DNA from: Antedon mediterranea
Lineage: Eukaryota; Animalia; Echinodermata
Reading direction: 5' to 3'
NCBI RefSeq assembly: GCF_964355755.1
Contig: NC_092676.1
Coordinates: 4,441,888-4,505,887 of the forward strand
Length of the DNA stretch: 64,000 bases
Position 1 is the first letter of the stretch. Each line of letters begins with the position of its first letter. The notes under the pieces were generated by a model. The model worked only from the letters and a program-made list of their open reading frames with translations. It was not told the origin of the DNA and searched no databases. A program made the translations under genes and the position numbers. Below, piece by piece: positions 58,101 through 64,000 of the stretch.

Positions 58101-61100
58101 AGGGTATGACGGTGGTACTGAAGACATAGGGTATGACGGTGGTACTGAAGACATAGGGTATGACGGTGGTACTGAAGACATAGGGTATGACGGTGGTACT
58201 GAAGACATAGGGTATGACTGCGGTACTGAAGACATAGGGTATGACTGCGGTACTGAAGACATATGTTTCTGTTGCTCAAAGAGTTGCTCTGTAGTCAGCT
58301 TTAATTGCTTTTGTACACTATTAATATCCTCTTTTTTTCTTCTGTGTTGTTGCAGAAGATGCTGTTGATATTGACGTATTCGCTGCAGGGCTGGATCATC
58401 CCTTTCACTACTACTTCTAGTCACACTTGTAATTTCTATATTACTTTGAGGATGTGTTGTTGAGATAGAACTGGTGTTTGGTTCCTCCCTCCAAGACATA
58501 ACTTCATATGGATGTACTTGAAACTTTCTCCTTTCAGGATATTGATGTTGTATCTTCTGAGTAGCCTCTTCTACATCTTCAGCTTCTTTACAAGGAGAAT
58601 TGTTCAACGTATGATCTTTAATCATGGGTTCTTTTGAAGGCACTGATCCAATTTCTTGGTGCTGTTTTCTCAATTCCATCAGTCGACGTTGACTTTTTGC
58701 ATAAAGAACTTCTTGCTCTTCAGTATGCTTCTGTAGATCAACCTGAATAAATACAAATTAATTAAGTAATAATCAATTAAATTCACTGTTTGTGATGGTA
58801 ACCATTATTTTATATTGATTATATTACTTAATATCATAGAGGAGAAAAAGTTAGGGAAGTTAAAAGGTTTTAACAACATGGAACACACAACCAGAAACTT
58901 TTTTCACTGGACAAATTGAGTACTTGTAAATCTGCTAATGTATAATCTATTTATTTTTAAACTTATTTTACATGGATGACATTTTCATTAAAATAACGTT
59001 CTTACAAATGGTCAATGATTGCTGAACAATCATGAACAATGAACATTGATAAGTTACAAAAGTTACAATTTTTTTTTTTATTTTTTTTTTTTAGGATTAT
59101 AGAAAGACATACTAGAACAATTGCAACTGGGCCCTCTGGGAGACCAGTCTTTGACTGAAGAGGTTACCCAGTATAAATATATATTTCAATCAATAATATC
59201 ATGGATTTATATAGTGCCTAATGTGCTGAACATTATTGCCCCGGCCATTTTTTTTCGATCAAACAACCTCCTTAAACACACACATACATTACCATTTACC
59301 TGAACCCATAAACAGGCTTTTTACAATAGTAAATTTATGTTAGAGATTCAATTTACATAAACATAAAGAAATCGTATTCTATGACTATATTCTTATCATT
59401 ATTTTAGTGTTACCTTAGCTCTGATCAAAGCTGCCTTCTCAAGTGGATGCAGTAGCGTTGGACTACCAGACAATATGGGTTCTTCCTGTTCATCTGGACA
59501 CGGCTCACTCTTATCTTCCTCATTTTGATTACTACTGCCGACACTGATGTCTGCAGGCTGTTTAGAGATAGGATCAGTTGACGCTGGTACACTACTCTGT
59601 TTACTGTCGTCAATTGGATATTGAGATAAGTCACTTGGTTGACTGGAGGATGATGTAGTAGCCATTGTAGAAGTACTTATCTCATTTTGACCTGGAATAA
59701 AAAAACAAAGTACTTAGTACAAAGTATAAAACAAATTGGCTAAAAACAAATCATTGTACACTTAAACTCAATCTACAATTTATGTTTGAGTGGAGACGTA
59801 GCTTGGTGGTTATCCCAGGGTATTTTATACTATATTTACTTCAGTAACAATTTCAAATAAAAACAATCAATCATTCAAATTTATGTAGACCATCTAGGAC
59901 TCACTTAAGGTGCATTCACACCGCGCTACAAGACCGCGCCGTTGAATTCTCTATATGAGTTTCCATTATTTAACAACACAGTGTGAATGAAGCTTTATGG
60001 TCATTTTTTACAATATATAAATAAACTTTTACCAAAATTGTATTGACTGGAATGAATATCCTAAAGCTCTGATTACACTATCAAACTAGTTTGACAAAAA
60101 AGTAGTGATATTCCCAAATATAGTAGTAATATGACATCATCATGTTCATATATGGGCACATCACATGTTGTTACATAAAGTTTGATAGTGTGGACAGAGC
60201 TTAATGACCAAAACTAAAATAACTTGCTTGATGTTTCTTTCTTTTGTCCTCTAATACGTAGAAGTAACCTACCAAGAGCTTCTAAAAATAAATCAGAAAA
60301 ATAAATAAGAAGTTTGTAAAATTACAGTAACAAAAGTAAATTCGAGACACAACTTTGCGCCAATTACTAGCTGCATTATGGGAGCATGTTTCCATATATG
60401 TTTGATCTGGGGAAATAATATGTACAATGCTTAGAGGTTTGACAACATTAGGCGCTTTATAAATCCAGGACATTATTATTATTAATATTATTATTTATTA
60501 ATGGCTGTGAAAAACTCAGTGTATAGTACTTCTTGTGTTTCTGACAGTGACACACTGTACTGAATGATCACCTATTATTACATACCTGATCTTGGCAGAA
60601 TCTTCTTAGTTGGGAGAGCCTCACCAGTATGTTTATCTTCTGTCAAAGCTGATGAACTATCCTCTTCCAGTTGGCTATCGACTCCAATTGGAAACTGCAC
60701 CAGACCTCTTGTGACTAAACCAGCAGATTGTGGAGAGGTTGTTTCTTCAGATGATGTCATCACCTTCTCTGGATAATCTTCTTCTGATATAGGAATACTT
60801 CCAACTGGAGCATTCCTTTGTGGAGGCATTCCCGATGGCTGTAGTATGTCAGTGTCAATTGTTGATTCGGTTGTCAGATCAAGATCATGGTCACTAGAAG
60901 GTGGCTGAGGATCAAGTGCCAATGTGAGATCACCAGCGAAATCTGCAATCAAAATGTTTAAAAAGTTGAAAAGGCAAGCAAGCTTAGAAAGATGCTTCTT
61001 GCTAAGACTGTTTTATCTGAAATATTTCTGTGTGATTGTATCTTGGCACTAATGTGTGCACCCTTGTGGCAATCAATAGTGTTGTCACTATAGTTAGTTA

Positions 61101-63911
61101 GTTAGTTTGAAAGTCAATTTATTAGGTTATATGCATTAATGCATATAACCTCTTGATTCTGTCAAAATCTTTATTTATTTATTTATTTATTCTTTCCTTA
61201 GCACTATTCTGTCCGTGCATTATCTTGGCATCAGTTTCATCTAGCTAAGTCAAGTTTTCAGAGTATATTCCTTATGGCCAGGAATCGATGTGGTTATATT
61301 TTCACGATGCGCAATCAAAAATTACGCGGTCTACGCGCGATTTTACGAAATCACGTTTGTAATCATATCTTCACAAGCATGAATCACAATTAAACAAAAT
61401 TTGGTACTCATAAATTTCAGGTCATATTTCATCACATGGCAATACAATTACGTGCGTAGCGCATATAACGCTTGCGTACGCGCGCTTAAAATGTTCAAAA
61501 TTGTCAAAATTTATTTTCGATGAAATTAGAGTACGTTTCAGGCAATTTTAAGCGTTTAAAAAATTGCCATGAGTGCGCCGATTTTTGCACGCGCACTGCG
61601 CGTTAAACGTTAATGCGCACTCTTTTTGCCCGATTTCTGTTTTACAATCTTTCTTTAATAATATCATCATATTTGATTCACGTTTCAACTCGAAATTGCG
61701 TTATACGAGCACGTCAAAAGTGACTGACTACGCACGTATAAGTTAACAAAATGGTGAAAATATGCTAATTTTTAAAATTAATATATATCGTCAGAATGCT
61801 GGGGAACACCTATTTTTTATTTCATTTTCTTGAAGTGTATGTATCATATGTATGATTTATTATCAAATTAAGAGAACAAAAGTTGATTAAGTCTTCATTA
61901 ATTGCATATTAAATAAAAAAATAATAATTTCGACAATCAAACAAATTATGACATTTTCTTAGGCCGAAATAACAAACTTAACATTAACTTTCTTTCTTAA
62001 GAAGTTCATATATTAAAGTTAAAAGTATATAGTTTGACAGTGCATCATTTTTTTACATTTTTAAAGATGTCATCATAGTAAAAAATTATAATTCATTGCG
62101 GTATGTAATAATCTATTTGCACCAAAGTGGTTACTGCATAGTAAATACACGGAGGAATTTTTCTACAACGTTTAGTCAGTTGTGTATGGCTCGATGGTCT
62201 GTGCTCGTGTCTATGGCATTCAAGGTACCGAGATCGAGTCCCACCTTGGGAAACTAAATAAGATTTTTTTTTTTATTATCCGTATTGTTTGTTCAAATTT
62301 ATTTCTTAGTGTATAGATTATACACATGATTTATAATGAAATTTATTTAAAAACACAAAATGTGGTTTATGACATTATATACGCAGAAGGATCTTTGATC
62401 GGATTATGATACCGGCTATTGTATTTGCGTTAGCAAGATCCTATCATATATTATAAATAACTAAAGATTCTGAGAAAATCAATCAATCAAAATATCTTAA
62501 ATCAATCAATTATCTTTATTTAAATCAATGCATATAACCTATAATTCGTCATAGTGACGAATTAAATCTAGTTTTATTTATTTTTTAAAAACTTTATTTT
62601 GTTTATATTTTAAGAATCTATTTTGAAAAAACAAAATTTAGTTACTGACCTGACAAGACAGTTTCAGTGCTCCTTTCACGAGCAGTTTCTTTATTTTGTT
62701 TATAATACAGAGCAAAATTGAAAACCAAGACAGAACAAGAAGTATCAAAATGCCAAACTCCTATGATGGGCATATTAGTGAGCTTGCGATTAGCAACGAA
62801 CGATGACTAACCTAGGTCAGGGCAATCGATGAGTCATTGGTCGTCACCTAGACCTAGACACCATTACCAACACACATCCCTAAACATCTCTGCATGCGCA
62901 ACAATGACTTAACATGACATAGTTTGGTCATCGCAAATCGAAAGTTCTCTAATATCGGCGTCTACTTTACCTGTTTTAGCCATGTACATGTCTTCAAATG
63001 CTTCTTCTAGATTCTGCTGGTGTTGCAGTCTATCTTCTAATCGTTTATGTGGAGGTTGAAACACTTGTTTCTAATATTGTAAATTAAAATATAAAATTGA
63101 ATTGATATATTCATTTTTAAGCACTAACTTTACATAGAGGGGACAGGATTTAAGTTTCTATAAAGAAACATACAAGGATGGGGCGGTAGGTGAAACTTAA
63201 CTTGATAATGGCCCAATACCAGGAGGCAAAAGTGAGTTAAATGGCCAAGCGGTAAGGCAGGGGCCTACCTAAAAGAGCCAACAATATCGGCAGGGGTTCG
63301 AGGCTGACTTGCTCCTAGTTTTGGTGGTGGAACAAGTCTTCTTGGATAAGGACAATAAACCATAGGTCCAGTGTACACAGTTATTAAACCTGTGTGCACT
63401 TTAACGAACCCAGGTCATCATTCGAGATGAGTAAGGGGTTACCCCGGTGAACTGGTTCACAAAATAGCCCATGTATCAGGGGATTACAACCTATCTGATA
63501 GGACAGTGATTAATTACTATTGGTACTATTAGCCACATGTGCCTAAAGACACAAAGTAACAAAAACTGTTTCTGTGGATACATGCTAAGTGAAAATGTAA
63601 TTAGGTAGAAGGCAGTAAAATAAAATCTTTTGATTGAATATTAAACCACCCAACTTTGTCTTTATAGCAGTATAATATAAACTCACAGGTATTGAGGCTA
63701 CAACCGCTTGTCTCCTTCTTCTGTCCATTTGCTCAAGGTGTCCCAGCTCATTCAATAGGTGATCATAATCTTGTCTCAGTAATTCTTTTTCTCGTGCGTA
63801 TTTGTGGCGGAGTACTGCTTTCTCGTGTCTTTCTTTGATTTCTCTCGATCTTTCTTCCTCCTCTTCTTTTGAACGCTGTATTTCTTCGACAGCAGCTACA
63901 CGCGCATCAGA
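52110..63911 (-). CDS. CEP295: Centrosomal protein CEP295 (Ana1 orthologue), 5'-partial, with C-terminal ALMS motif
   Basis: Exons 63687-63911, 62971-63070, 60586-60942, 59414-59691, 55002-58742, 53696-54752, 53063-53245, 52614-52764, 52110-52257, with consistent phases. Motifs: DRRRRQAVVASIP..F.PP..R.E....LEEAFEDMY..GDLTLALDP, GIMEEPDLTL, SLQEAF..FI..S..RQ, RNLRLYNQLEEVK. Confidence 0.88.
53315..53578. repeat. Degenerate intronic minisatellite (ttaccagtttaactattacagta-like units)
   Basis: Directly visible tandem units. Confidence 0.8.
57208..57303 (-). repeat. Coding 27-bp tandem repeat (PDVDRPSVT x~3.5) in CEP295
   Basis: tgtcaacatctggtgttacagatggtc repeats. Confidence 0.9.
58030..58262 (-). 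repeat. Coding 27-bp tandem repeat (MSSVP[PQ]SYP x~8) in CEP295
   Basis: ggtactgaagacatagggtatgacggt repeats. Confidence 0.92.
61118..62575 (+). mobile_element. Helentron-associated HINE-like element
   Basis: Subterminal palindrome aggttatatgcattaatgcatataacct, (TTTA)n, 3' copy of the subTIR plus hairpin aattcgtcatagtgacgaatt, T-run flanks. Confidence 0.6.
63240..63560 (+). mobile_element. tRNA-head SINE with Deu/Nin-like central domain
   Basis: TGGCCAAGCGG A box, GGTTCGAGGC B box, then ggataaggacaataaaccataggtcc...gcactttaacgaaccc...gagtaagggg. Confidence 0.5.
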
Positions 63912-64000
63912 CTGTTTCATTTCATTAATTTTATGCATCCAAGAGAGAAATATCATTTTTTTTTTTAAAGGAATAAAAGAAATTAAAAGATGAAAAGGCT

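Noticed and set aside
57208-58368. Plus-strand repetitive ORFs (STSGVTDGL, GTEDIGYDG) as separate proteins
   Set aside because: Antisense frames of the CEP295 27-bp coding repeats.

Overview
AT-rich, intron-containing animal (invertebrate; marine deuterostome/echinoderm-like by repeat content, not proven) genomic DNA with four spliced genes. (1) 714-38080 (+): the 3' part of a type-C LGR (GRL101/RXFP-like) leucine-rich-repeat GPCR. Its ectodomain is built from at least 28 single-LRR exon cassettes, mostly 72 nt and all phase 2-2; 26 have intact splice sites and 2 are decayed. One exon then encodes the hinge and 7TM. (2) 39488-41988 (-): a SAT1/SAT2-family acetyltransferase with an apparent stop codon at a splice junction. 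(3) 46741-50336 (+): COMMD2. (4) 52110->63911 (-): CEP295. The main candidate system is the LRR cassette array. Flanking introns and the LRR framework are homogenised, while the solvent-exposed beta-strand codons are hypervariable. Cassettes are being gained and lost by tandem duplication, transposon-adjacent deletion and splice-site decay, and an inverted exon-less copy of the intron unit closes the first cluster. This looks like a VLR/Dscam-reminiscent diversifying receptor built on a GPCR (inference). Helitrons, MULE-like, Academ-like and Harbinger-like elements, LINE fragments and SINEs are also present. All coordinates were read by eye; no alignments or searches were run.
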